Notes under the pieces: model-generated
Told to the model about the DNA's origin: nothing
Seen by the model: the letters and a program-made list of their open reading frames with translations, nothing else
The model's database searches: none
Assembly: GCA_021156165.1 (NCBI GenBank)
Contig: JAJNBM010000004.1
Span: 1-59,736, forward strand
Source: Gammaproteobacteria bacterium
GTDB taxonomy: Bacteria > Pseudomonadota > Gammaproteobacteria > UBA1113
DNA: 59,736 nucleotides
Reading direction: 5' to 3'
Translations under genes and position numbers: made by a program
In this document: one piece after another, positions 9,292 through 18,645 of the stretch
Layout: the number at the start of each line of letters is the position of its first letter
Position numbering within the stretch: the stretch's first letter is position 1

Positions 9292-10800
9292 ATGCGTAAG
9301 GCAGCCATCGTCACCAGTATCAGTATTATCATTGCCTTTTTTTTGGGCACGCCCTATTTTTTTGGTCAAACCAATCAATCTTTGAACGATGAACTCTTGA
9401 CCCGTGCCAATCATATGTTACAAGGCAAAGGGGAGCCACTTCCGGTAGCGCAGCAAGATGTAGTCGCCAGCTTTGTCATTGACGAAAAAATTTATCACGG
9501 CCCTTTTTATTGGGGCAAAGATGCTGGAGGCAAATCCCATTTTGGTTTCGGTCGTGGCTATTTTGTTTCGATGATCAGCCCCAATGAGCAAACACGGCAA
9601 TGGTTACAAGCACAAGGCTTACGATCCCAAAGCAATAATTGGGAAGAACGGTCCGCCGAAATATCCTTATTAGGCCGAATCCGCGCCACCAGCTACATTT
9701 CTGCATTAAATTTTAAGAATAGCGATACCACCCTAAATTGGCAAGGAGCTAAAACTAAAATGACCTTGTCTCCGGGTTTGAACAACCTTAAAGCCAACGT
9801 AACCATTGGTGCCTTGTCCTACGATCAAAAACAATCCAGACTTGAAATACCCAGCGCGAATGTCAACGTAAAATTACGCTATAAAACGGGTCTATGGGTA
9901 GGCTCATCCGAATTAAAAGTCCCGCAAATTACGACTAACCGCAATGATAAAGCAGAACTAACCCTTAACAATTTTTTGTTGCAAGGTAACTCGAATGTCA
10001 GTGGCAACTTACTCAGCACCACCGTTACGCTCGCGGCAGATAGCATGCAAATGGGTGCTGTAGATTATGGCCCATTCAGTTATAACCTGAACATGCAGAA
10101 TGTCGATGCGACGGCCTGGTTAAAACTGAAAGATTTGGCTTCGCAATACGATACTTTAATGAATGCCAATTCATTGCAATATAACCTCAACTTAACGCAA
10201 TATCATCGCGGCTGGTTTAGGTCAAACGCACAAATAGTGTTGACAATTAGCCGTCCTAAACCTACGGGACTCATTCAGGGACAATTACATAATTTGAGCA
10301 GGCAATCTGAACTCTTAATCCTGGGGAATGAAATCAGCAAAACGCTGCCTGCTGTAGTCAATAAGGGTGCTCAATTTAGTTTGCAGCCTACGCCAGGCCA
10401 TGCTCAGCCTAGCATGTTGCAAATCGATGCTTCGCTCACTTTTCCTAAAGTGCTCCAAGCAGAAGACATAGGACAGTTGATTGAAAAAGCCGAAGCCCAT
10501 ATCAACGTCTTATTCTTGGCTGATTTAATTAAGATGGCGACGGAGCATCAATACCCTGAAAAAACCAGCGCTGATGTGAATGCAACGACAGAAGCTTTAC
10601 TCAATAAATGGGTTGCCTCTGGGTACTTAAGTCGCAGTGATGCACAATATCTATTTAGTCTAGATTACTCGCAAGGTAAATTAAGCCTGAATGGTAAAAC
10701 CATGGCCGATACTGCTGCAGAGGTAGTATCTGATAGCGTAGTCTCAGGCGTGGTGGCGCCAGCGGCCGGTGCTGTTCCTATTACTCCGGCGGGGAAATAA
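9292..10800 (+). CDS. YdgA/DUF945-like exported protein
   Basis: N-terminal anchor, I.HGP motif, YHRGWFRS segment, C-terminal G.L.LNGK. Confidence 0.7.
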   Translation: MRKAAIVTSISIIIAFFLGTPYFFGQTNQSLNDELLTRANHMLQGKGEPLPVAQQDVVASFVIDEKIYHGPFYWGKDAGGKSHFGFGRGYFVSMISPNEQTRQWLQAQGLRSQSNNWEERSAEISLLGRIRATSYISALNFKNSDTTLNWQGAKTKMTLSPGLNNLKANVTIGALSYDQKQSRLEIPSANVNVKLRYKTGLWVGSSELKVPQITTNRNDKAELTLNNFLLQGNSNVSGNLLSTTVTLAADSMQMGAVDYGPFSYNLNMQNVDATAWLKLKDLASQYDTLMNANSLQYNLNLTQYHRGWFRSNAQIVLTISRPKPTGLIQGQLHNLSRQSELLILGNEISKTLPAVVNKGAQFSLQPTPGHAQPSMLQIDASLTFPKVLQAEDIGQLIEKAEAHINVLFLADLIKMATEHQYPEKTSADVNATTEALLNKWVASGYLSRSDAQYLFSLDYSQGKLSLNGKTMADTAAEVVSDSVVSGVVAPAAGAVPITPAGK

Positions 10801-10803
10801 CCT

Positions 10804-11601
10804 TCACATCTTAATCCAATCATAAAACAACACGAGTATATTCACAAAGATCACCGTCATAAAAAGTGGCCGCACTAGTTTTGATCCTTTTAAAATGACC
10901 ATATGCGCGCCCCAATAACTTCCTATCAGTTGTCCAATACCCATGATAGCCCCTATAATAAAACTGACCTCGCCGTAATACAGAAAGATAGACAAGGCAA
11001 TTAAATTACTTTTTAGGTTTAAAACCTTCGCATACCCAGAGGCTTCCAAAAAGGTGTACCCTAAAAAGAAAACAACCGCAATGATCCACAAATTCCCTGT
11101 TCCAGGCCCAAAAAAAGCATCATAAAATCCCAAAATAAAACCAAACAGTGGAAAGAACACTGGTTCAGGCAGATGTTTTTTCCCAGGCTTTAAACCTAAT
11201 TCTTTATTCAACAGATTAAAAATAAACACCGCCAATAATAAGAAGGGGATAATATATTTCATAAAATGATTAGAGATATAATTCACTAGCACGGCCCCCG
11301 TAACTGCGCCGAGAACCCCCATCAGCAAGCCACGGTAAATCATTTTGAAATTGATAAATCCTCTCCTGTGATATTTGTAGACTGCCATGCTCAGGCCAAA
11401 TATACTCTGAAATTTGTTGGTTCCTAAAGCCGTGGTCACAGGCAAACCACTATATATCAGCGCAGGTACACTAATGAGCCCCCCTCCTCCCGTGATGGTA
11501 TCTATAAAACCGGATAAGAAAGCCATGCCAAATAGAAAAAGATACAACATGTGAGTATGTAGAGAAAAATAGTGTTGCATGGGAACCAATTCCTCATTCA
11601 T
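10804..11601 (-). CDS. TSUP/TauE-SafE family transporter (YfcA-like)
   Basis: GFIDTITGGGGLI, ALGTNK, GFYDAFFGPGTG. Confidence 0.9.
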   Translation of the reverse strand: MNEELVPMQHYFSLHTHMLYLFLFGMAFLSGFIDTITGGGGLISVPALIYSGLPVTTALGTNKFQSIFGLSMAVYKYHRRGFINFKMIYRGLLMGVLGAVTGAVLVNYISNHFMKYIIPFLLLAVFIFNLLNKELGLKPGKKHLPEPVFFPLFGFILGFYDAFFGPGTGNLWIIAVVFFLGYTFLEASGYAKVLNLKSNLIALSIFLYYGEVSFIIGAIMGIGQLIGSYWGAHMVILKGSKLVRPLFMTVIFVNILVLFYDWIKM

Positions 11602-11646
11602 ATAAATAACGAGTAGCGATTTTACACTAAAACTTGTAGGCAGTGA

Positions 11647-12486
11647 TTAAATCATTATACTATTTACAGCCACCGTATTGTCTTGTTTATAATCTACATC
11701 CAATACGCGCAATTCCCGCCCGCCGCTGGCGGCTGTTTTGGCTAAGACTCTATTCATTAAATCTACACTGCGCCGCAACGCATGATCTAGATTTTTATAG
11801 GTCAAATAAGACCCCAAAAAAACGGCTGAAAACAAATCGCCGGTGCCACTCGGCGGTACTGGAAAAGTATATTCCTTCGCTGCCAATAAATAGTGCTGAT
11901 TACCCTCCCCACCATAAATATGCAAGGTATCCGGCGCAACATCATTTAATTTAACACCGGTAATGATCACCACTTGTGAGCCCTTGTCTTGAAAAAATTG
12001 GGCTGTGGTTTTGAGATCAGCAACTGTTTTAATAGGAATGCCGGATAAAGTCTCCGCTTCATACTGATTCGGCGTAATAATATCAGCAACCAAATGGTGT
12101 TTAAAAAATTCCAATACCTCAGGCTTAACAAAACAATGCTGATTGCCGATGACCGGATCGCACAGATACAGCAAAGCTGGGTTTTTCGCCTTGAAACGCT
12201 TCACCGTCTCGGCTACTTCATGACAAATAGCTTCGCTGCCCATATAGCCAGATAAAATAGCTTGACAAGAAGGAATTAAATTTAACGTTTCCAAACCCAA
12301 TATGACCTGGTGGATGTGTTCTTTGGAAAATATTTCGCCTTCCCAATGGCCATAACCAGTGTGGTTTGAAAATTGTACCGTATTCACGGGCCAAACATCA
12401 TACCCCATCGCTTGCAGGGGATAAACCGCCGCCTTGTTGCCCACATATCCGTAAGCCACATGAGATTGAATGGATAAAATAGCCAT
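11647..12486 (-). CDS. pdxY: pyridoxal kinase
   Basis: ILSIQSHVAYGYVGN, TVQFSNHTGY, CDPVIG, TPNQYE, GTGD. Confidence 0.92.
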   Translation of the reverse strand: MAILSIQSHVAYGYVGNKAAVYPLQAMGYDVWPVNTVQFSNHTGYGHWEGEIFSKEHIHQVILGLETLNLIPSCQAILSGYMGSEAICHEVAETVKRFKAKNPALLYLCDPVIGNQHCFVKPEVLEFFKHHLVADIITPNQYEAETLSGIPIKTVADLKTTAQFFQDKGSQVVIITGVKLNDVAPDTLHIYGGEGNQHYLLAAKEYTFPVPPSGTGDLFSAVFLGSYLTYKNLDHALRRSVDLMNRVLAKTAASGGRELRVLDVDYKQDNTVAVNSIMI

Positions 12487-12575
12487 TTTTTTTTCGCTTT
12501 TCTATTGCAATGGTACGAATTCTATCATAGAATGCCGATAATAGCATGGTGGCTAAGAATACAAGATAAGGAGAT

Positions 12576-12815
12576 ATGATCATGGCACAAAATAATGCCT
12601 TGTTTAACACGGATGATAATGATCAAGAAATTGTTCAAGAACGCTTAGATGAATTCTTTTCTTCTGTCATGGGGTTATTGCACAGTAATCCTGCTCAACC
12701 TAAACGTAATGCCAAAGAAATGGTCGAAATGCGCCGACAAGTGGAAGAGATTCTGATCAAAAAGCAAACTCGAGAATTGTATGAAGATACATTGCTAGAA
12801 ATGGAAATTAGCTAG
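12576..12815 (+). CDS. small acidic hypothetical protein
   Basis: AAGGAG SD directly upstream; 79 aa with helical C-terminus MRRQVEEIL..RELYED. Confidence 0.75.
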   Translation: MIMAQNNALFNTDDNDQEIVQERLDEFFSSVMGLLHSNPAQPKRNAKEMVEMRRQVEEILIKKQTRELYEDTLLEMEIS

Positions 12816-12911
12816 GGCTAACGTTCAATAAGGAGTTGTATATTATGAGGCATGGATATTTCGTAGGCAAGTGGTATTCTTAAAATTATTGTGTTTTTTC
12901 TTACAATGTCC

Positions 12912-12939
12912 TTGCACTTTCCCCAAAATAGTCTATAGT
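12912..12939 (+). promoter_or_regulatory. sigma70-like promoter for the candidate structured RNA or dam leader
   Basis: TTGCAC-16 nt-TATAGT, ending ~8 nt before the first predicted helix. Confidence 0.55.
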
Positions 12940-12946
12940 TAAAATA

Positions 12947-13263
12947 GAGGGTTCACTTAAGATTTCCTTAAGGTATCTGTTAGAAACCTTAACTGTTGAG
13001 GAGCTTCGCTTGGTAAAATGGCTTTTTGCTGACCAATCTCCTTATTATGTGGGGTCTACGCAATAGGGGTTATCGCCAGAACCTCCGAGTCTAGACCAAC
13101 GATTTTCAACCCTGCCCTGGGTATTTAATCTGCGGGGCTGTGGTAGTGGTGTGCTGAGTACTTTTTCATTATCTCCGACACCACTTCCTAAGCACTCAGT
13201 AGCCGCTGTCGCAGCTCCGTAGATTACCTTCAAAGCATCTTTCCTTCTAGCTTGCGAAAGTGC
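12947..13263 (+). ncRNA. candidate large structured non-coding RNA, family unknown
   Basis: closing helix 12948-12953/13108-13113 encloses three hairpins; then a 36-bp hairpin 13126-13226 with 8 G-U pairs that only form on the + strand; then a hairpin at 13235-13263. Confidence 0.65.
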
Positions 13264-13312
13264 GTAAAAATTCTTATTATGTAGACATTTGAGCCTTGAG
13301 TAAGTAACTAGT

Positions 13313-14128
13313 ATGACAAACCGCATTCGACCTTTCTTAAAATGGGCTGGTGGTAAATTTAAGCTGAGCCATTGGATCAGCCAGCATTTACCTCTAGGTT
13401 CGCGCCTAATTGAACCGTTTGTGGGTGCAGGCGCTATATTTTTAAACAGCTCCTTTGATCATTATCTTTTAAGCGACTGTAATCCTGATCTCATCAATTT
13501 ATATGAATGTTTACAGAAAGAAGGCGTGCCTTTTATTGATTTTTGTCAATCCTTTTTTACTGTGGCTAATAATACTGTGAAGCGTTATTATCATTTACGG
13601 CAGCGCTTTAATTGCAGTACTGATTTACACGAAAAAGCAGCGTTGTTTTTATATTTAAATCGCCATTGTTTCAACGGCTTGTGCCGTTACAATAATAAGG
13701 GGCATTTTAATGTACCCATGGGAGAATATACAAGACCTTATTTTCCTTACAATGAAATGCACGCTTTTCATGAAAAAGCACAACGCGCTATTTTTAGCTG
13801 TGAAGATTTTACCAGCATTATGCGTAAAGCATGCGCTGAAGATGTGATTTATTGTGACCCCCCCTACTATCCTCTCAGCAATTCTGCCAGCTTCACCCGT
13901 TACCACCTTTCTGATTTCACACTGGATAAACAAATAGTATTAGCAGATCTGTGCACAGAATTACAGCAAAAAGGAATGCGTATTATTGTTTCCAATCACG
14001 CCATACCCGAAACTCGGCGTTTATACAAACAGGCAAAAAAATTAGTCTTTTGTGATGTGCAGCGTACCATTAGCGCTACCGGCCATCAACGCGCAACCGT
14101 TAAAGAGCTGTTGGCCTTATATTTATGA
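13313..14128 (+). CDS. dam: DNA adenine methylase (Dam family)
   Basis: FLKWAGGK, IEPFVGAG, LNRHCFNGLCRYN, YCDPPY. Confidence 0.93.
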   Translation: MTNRIRPFLKWAGGKFKLSHWISQHLPLGSRLIEPFVGAGAIFLNSSFDHYLLSDCNPDLINLYECLQKEGVPFIDFCQSFFTVANNTVKRYYHLRQRFNCSTDLHEKAALFLYLNRHCFNGLCRYNNKGHFNVPMGEYTRPYFPYNEMHAFHEKAQRAIFSCEDFTSIMRKACAEDVIYCDPPYYPLSNSASFTRYHLSDFTLDKQIVLADLCTELQQKGMRIIVSNHAIPETRRLYKQAKKLVFCDVQRTISATGHQRATVKELLALYL

Positions 14129-15249
14129 CACTATTAGATTTCGATGCTTTAGCAGCAGACATTAAGCAATGGGGCATCGCTTTGGGTTTTGCCGCTGTAG
14201 GCATCTGCGATGTAGATCTGAATACTTATCGCGCCGATTTGAACGCATTTATTGAAAAAGGTTTTCATGGCGAAATGGATTATATGGCACGCAACCCAGA
14301 GCTGCGCACCGATGCCACACATCTACTCGCGGGCGCTTTACGCATTATTTCGGTGCGCTTGAATTACTTACCGCCCAATACTCAACTGGTAAAACAATTA
14401 AAAAACAGCAAAAAAGCCTATATTTCTCGCTATGCCGTCGGTGGTGATTATCATAAATGGATGCGCAAACGCTTAGCCAAACTAGCCAAACAAATTAATG
14501 ATCGGGTAGGTGGTTATGGTTATCGGGCCTTAACCGACAGCGCTCCTTTAATGGAAAAACCCATCGCTGAAAAAGCGGGTTTAGGGTGGATTGGTAAAAA
14601 TACTTTATTACTCAGCAAAGAAGCCGGTTCGTGGTTTTTTCTAGGCGAGCTGCTCACCACCTTACCGCTGCCAGTTGATACCCCTGTCATTCAAGACGGT
14701 TGCCAAAATTGTCAGGCTTGTTTGAAAATATGTCCGACTGGCGCTTTGGTCAATGCCAAACAAATAGATGCTAGACGCTGCATTTCTTATTTAACCATAG
14801 AGCATAAAACGGCAATCCCTTTAGAATTAAGGCCACTGATAGGCAATCGCATTTATGGTTGTGATGATTGTCAACTCATTTGTCCGTGGAATCGCTATGC
14901 GCCCGCAACAGCTGAAACGCATTTTCACGCCCGCCACGATTTCGACAGCGCAGAATTAATAGATTTATTTTCTTGGAATGAAAATACCTTTTTAGAAAAA
15001 ACCCTAGGCTCTGCTATACGCCGTTTAGGTCACGCGCGGTGGTTACGTAATATTGCCGTTGCCATGGGCAATGCCGTTTACGATGAGGCCATTATTACCG
15101 CCTTAAAACAGCGTTTAGACTATGCCGATATCATGGTCAAAGAACATATTGAATGGGCATTGGCGCAACAATTGTTAAAGAAAGATAAAGTGCCTATAGA
15201 TGATCCCCTCTTGAAAAAAATAACAGCTAAGTTGAATGTACATTATTAG
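14125..15249 (+). CDS. queG: epoxyqueuosine reductase
   Basis: ISRYA..DYH, DSAPLMEK, GWIGKN, CxxCxxCxxxCP, GCDDCQLICPWN. Confidence 0.95.
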   Translation: MTLLDFDALAADIKQWGIALGFAAVGICDVDLNTYRADLNAFIEKGFHGEMDYMARNPELRTDATHLLAGALRIISVRLNYLPPNTQLVKQLKNSKKAYISRYAVGGDYHKWMRKRLAKLAKQINDRVGGYGYRALTDSAPLMEKPIAEKAGLGWIGKNTLLLSKEAGSWFFLGELLTTLPLPVDTPVIQDGCQNCQACLKICPTGALVNAKQIDARRCISYLTIEHKTAIPLELRPLIGNRIYGCDDCQLICPWNRYAPATAETHFHARHDFDSAELIDLFSWNENTFLEKTLGSAIRRLGHARWLRNIAVAMGNAVYDEAIITALKQRLDYADIMVKEHIEWALAQQLLKKDKVPIDDPLLKKITAKLNVHY

Positions 15250-15428
15250 GCTATAGTGTTAGCGCCGACCCAGAGATTCCCCCTAAAGCGCGTGACCGCG
15301 CACTCTGAACTTTGAGGTAAAGTATTTTTTAGATTTTCAAAACACCCCAATCCTTCATTCCATTTAGGCAGCACAATTTTAATCGATCCCCCTTTACGTA
15401 TTGAAAATTCCTTCGTCGCATAAACCCT

Positions 15429-16280
15429 TTACTTTCTACGTTGAACGTTTTGCACTGGAATGCTGGCTTCTTGTACTGGGTCAGCTGGTTGCGTCAACCT
15501 TTTGCCAAAAGCAATACCGTATGCTACTTCAAGAGTCACTACTAACCCATATTCATCGCGATAAGCTTCATAAGCTTTTTCTAAGCATTGCCACTGACGG
15601 GGTGTGATCAGACCTTTATTCATATTTTGCAAGAAATAAGTCGGTCCTTGCCGCACTGCTAACATTAATTGCGCAAAAGTTTTATAATATAAACTGAAAT
15701 ACTCTACATCGACTACGGGATTTTTAAATTGCGCGTGCTGCAATAAATCACCCCAATTGTGCATGTCTGTAAAAGTAGGGATATAGGGTTTATCGGATAT
15801 GTTTAAAAATACTTGCCGTAATTCTTTTAAAGAATCCGGCGCCAAAACAGAAAATAACAACACGCCATTAGGTTTTAGAATGCGGTGAATTTCTAGAATA
15901 ACCATTTCGGGAGTTGCACTCCAATGTAACATCAGGTGACAAAAAACCAAATCTACAGAATGATCTGCAAAAGGTAATAATTCTGCTCGCGCACACAACG
16001 CGGACTCTTTAGATTCGGCTAGATTGCGCAATTGAGAAAGCGCATAATCAACGGCAATTACGCGCGACTGTGGATAATGTTGTGTGAGCATTTCTGTAAA
16101 AATGCCGCTGCCTGCGCCCAGATCAACAATAACGCTCGGCTGCAGATTAAGTGAGGGTAAACGTTGCAATAAATTTTCGCCCACTACTTCGCTCACAGTG
16201 GTGTAATAATCACCGCGCGCGCCCAGACGTTGAAAATCAGCATAAATGCGGGGCGGATAAATAGCAAAAGATGTTTTCAT
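15429..16280 (-). CDS. bioC: malonyl-ACP O-methyltransferase
   Basis: SAM motif VDLGAGSG, LPFADHSVDL, DMHNWGD.L; divergent from comF as in many proteobacteria. Confidence 0.82.
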   Translation of the reverse strand: MKTSFAIYPPRIYADFQRLGARGDYYTTVSEVVGENLLQRLPSLNLQPSVIVDLGAGSGIFTEMLTQHYPQSRVIAVDYALSQLRNLAESKESALCARAELLPFADHSVDLVFCHLMLHWSATPEMVILEIHRILKPNGVLLFSVLAPDSLKELRQVFLNISDKPYIPTFTDMHNWGDLLQHAQFKNPVVDVEYFSLYYKTFAQLMLAVRQGPTYFLQNMNKGLITPRQWQCLEKAYEAYRDEYGLVVTLEVAYGIAFGKRLTQPADPVQEASIPVQNVQRRK

Positions 16281-16336
16281 AAATGCATTTTTAATATATA
16301 ATTAGTAGAATTCTTAATGATGGTGTCTACTCTCTT

Positions 16337-17020
16337 ATGTTTAACTTGTTATGGCCAACGCGTTGCCTTATTTGTCTACAAACTGTGGCCGCCACCCATC
16401 CCATCGAACACTTATGCTCGGGCTGTTTGAATATATTGCCATGGAATACACCCGCTTGTGCCCGCTGTGCGCAACCATTACCTAGCACGCAGCCCTATTG
16501 CGCACACTGTTTAAAAAATCCCATGCCACAGCAACGTACCTACATTGTGTTCCATTATACTCCGCCTATCAGCGATTGGATCCACGCCGCTAAATTTGGA
16601 GCAAGCTTCATCCATTGCCGTTTACTCAGTCAATTATTATCGCATACCTTGGCACGCAGAAGCACGCCTTGGCCACAATGCATACTGCCCATACCTTTAC
16701 ACCCCCGCCGCCTCCGGCAACGCGGTTATAATCAAGCCATTGAGATCGCACGCCCGCTGTGTCACCGTTTTGATATTCCCATGGATATCCGGTCTTTGCT
16801 GCGCCATCGTTATAACCAGCCACAAAGCAAGTTAGCTCTTAAAGAGCGCAAAAACAATGTGCGCGATAGCTTTCAGCTGCAACAACCCCTTGCCGTTTCG
16901 CATATAGCCTTGTTAGACGATGTAAGCACTAGTGGTAATACCTTAGAAGCCGCTAGTCGCGCTTTATTGATGCAGGGTCCTTTAGAATTAGAATATTGGT
17001 GTATTGCAAAACCGTTTTAA
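16337..17020 (+). CDS. comF: ComF family protein (Zn finger + PRTase)
   Basis: four CxxC pairs, PLHPRRLRQRGYNQA, LLDDVSTSG. Confidence 0.9.
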   Translation: MFNLLWPTRCLICLQTVAATHPIEHLCSGCLNILPWNTPACARCAQPLPSTQPYCAHCLKNPMPQQRTYIVFHYTPPISDWIHAAKFGASFIHCRLLSQLLSHTLARRSTPWPQCILPIPLHPRRLRQRGYNQAIEIARPLCHRFDIPMDIRSLLRHRYNQPQSKLALKERKNNVRDSFQLQQPLAVSHIALLDDVSTSGNTLEAASRALLMQGPLELEYWCIAKPF

Positions 17021-17148
17021 TATATTCTTCGCATTTGGCTTTTGGGCTTTGTTGCCTGCGCCCATCTCGCCGCACAAGTCATGTATGAAATATATACTCC
17101 TTGTGCTCGAGAGCTAGGCGCCTCGCTTACTCAACTGCTGTGAGTATA
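17021..17148. repeat. ERIC-like 128-bp palindromic element, copy 1
   Basis: TATATTC...GAGTATA ends; homologous to copies at 17731, 18516 and 38348. Confidence 0.85.
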
Positions 17149-17150
17149 CT

Positions 17151-17696
17151 TTACCAAGTCTGTATCTTCTCACGATAATACCTAAGCTCGGCAATGGAAT
17201 CATAAATATCATCCAACGCTCTATGCCGTGAGTCTTTCTGCAGCCCATCCAGGATTTCCGGACGCCACCGGCGGGCTAATTCTTTAAGCGTACTGACATC
17301 GATTTGTCTATAATGAAAATAGTGCTCTAATTCAGGCATGTGTTCTGCTAGAAAACGTCTGTCCTGACAAATGCTATTGCCGCACATAGGGGATACCCCG
17401 GCACGGATATGTTTTTTTAAAAAATCTAGTGTTTGTTCTTCTGCTTGGCGTTCATCGTAATGGCTAGCGCGCACTCTATCAACCAAACCTGATTTTTGAT
17501 GTTGATTGACATTCCATTCATCCATACGCGATAACACTGCTTCGCTTTGGTAAATAGCGATTACAGGCCCTTCGGCCAATATATTCAATTCCTTATCCGT
17601 GATAATAGTAGCGATTTCAATAATGCGATCCGTCTTAGGCTGCAAACCTGTCATTTCTAGATCGATCCAAATGAGATCTAGGCCTTGTTGCGACAT
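17151..17696 (-). CDS. orn: oligoribonuclease
   Basis: [39 protein letters not shown]; ATG 17696 preferred. Confidence 0.96.
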   Translation of the reverse strand: MSQQGLDLIWIDLEMTGLQPKTDRIIEIATIITDKELNILAEGPVIAIYQSEAVLSRMDEWNVNQHQKSGLVDRVRASHYDERQAEEQTLDFLKKHIRAGVSPMCGNSICQDRRFLAEHMPELEHYFHYRQIDVSTLKELARRWRPEILDGLQKDSRHRALDDIYDSIAELRYYREKIQTW

Positions 17697-17730
17697 AATT
17701 TTATATCCTTGCATAATCATAACAAAATAA

Positions 17731-17858
17731 TATACTCATAGCAGTTTATTTTTAGGCGCGGCGCCTAGCCCACAGGCAAAAGGAGTGTTTTTACGAATAC
17801 CTGACTTTTGCGAAATGGGCACAATCCAGAAAACCTAAATTCAAATGCGAAGAGTATA
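17731..17858. repeat. ERIC-like element, copy 2 (inverted relative to copy 1)
   Basis: TATACTCATAGCAG...CAAATGCGAAGAGTATA. Confidence 0.85.
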
Positions 17859-17929
17859 GTAGCGATTAAATAACCTAAACACAAGCGCAGCCCTTGCTTT
17901 TTACCGCAAAAAAGCTTTCAATACACCCT

Positions 17930-18514
17930 ATGGTAACTTTTATCGTATTCATCCTAGGCGCCTATTTATTAGGGTCTATTTCCAGCGCTGTGCTTATCTG
18001 CCGATTAGCAGGTTTGGGCGACCCGCGCGCACAAGGCTCTGGCAACCCGGGCACGACCAATGTATTGCGCATAGGCGGCAAGAAACTTGCCATTTTTACG
18101 CTATTTGGCGATGCGCTGAAAGGTTTTCTCCCGGTTTATATCGCTCATTTTACCGCCCTATCCGCCACAGCTTTATCTTTTGTAGCCTTAGCCGCTTTTA
18201 TAGGTCATTTGTTTCCAATATTTTTTGGCTTTAAGGGCGGCAAAGGCGTAGCCACGGCATTGGGGGTTTTCTTGGCTCTGGCCTGGCCTGTAGGCTGCAT
18301 GGCACTGATAACGTGGATTGTGGTTGCAGCTTTATTTCGTTATTCTTCTTTAGCGGCATTGGTTATGGCGATATTGTTGCCGCTGTATATTTATCTGTGG
18401 TCCAATCCACACTATTTAGTAGCGATGATTACGTTATCGTTATTATTGATTGTGAAACATCGCGATAATATTCGGCGTTTGCTATCCAACAGTGAAAGTA
18501 AAATCAAACTATAA
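17930..18514 (+). CDS. plsY: glycerol-3-phosphate acyltransferase PlsY
   Basis: YLLGSI, GSGNPGTTNVLR, FKGGKGVAT, KHRDNIRRL. Confidence 0.96.
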   Translation: MVTFIVFILGAYLLGSISSAVLICRLAGLGDPRAQGSGNPGTTNVLRIGGKKLAIFTLFGDALKGFLPVYIAHFTALSATALSFVALAAFIGHLFPIFFGFKGGKGVATALGVFLALAWPVGCMALITWIVVAALFRYSSLAALVMAILLPLYIYLWSNPHYLVAMITLSLLLIVKHRDNIRRLLSNSESKIKL

Positions 18515-18515
18515 T

Positions 18516-18645
18516 TATACTCTTCGCATTTGATTTTTAGGTGTTGTGGCCTTCGCTCTCTCGCACTAGTATATGACAAGAGTACGTCACTCTTGGTGCT
18601 CGAGGACTAGTCTTCTACCCTATAGAACCAACTGCTATGAGTATA
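18516..18645. repeat. ERIC-like element, copy 3 (overlaps pgpA 3' end)
   Basis: TATACTCTTCGCATTTG...CAACTGCTATGAGTATA. Confidence 0.85.

Noticed and set aside
12947-13263. Identification of the structured region as tmRNA, RNase P RNA, SRP RNA or 6S RNA
   Set aside because: On neither strand did I find tRNA-like ends or a tag ORF, GAGGAAAGUCC, the SRP helix-8 motif, or one long rod with a central bubble
13045-13326. 93-aa minus-strand ORF
   Set aside because: It overlaps the dam start, matches no family, and lies antisense to a region whose G-U pattern favours a + strand RNA
13313-14128. Restriction-modification system
   Set aside because: No adjacent endonuclease; the methylase is coupled to queG like an orphan Dam
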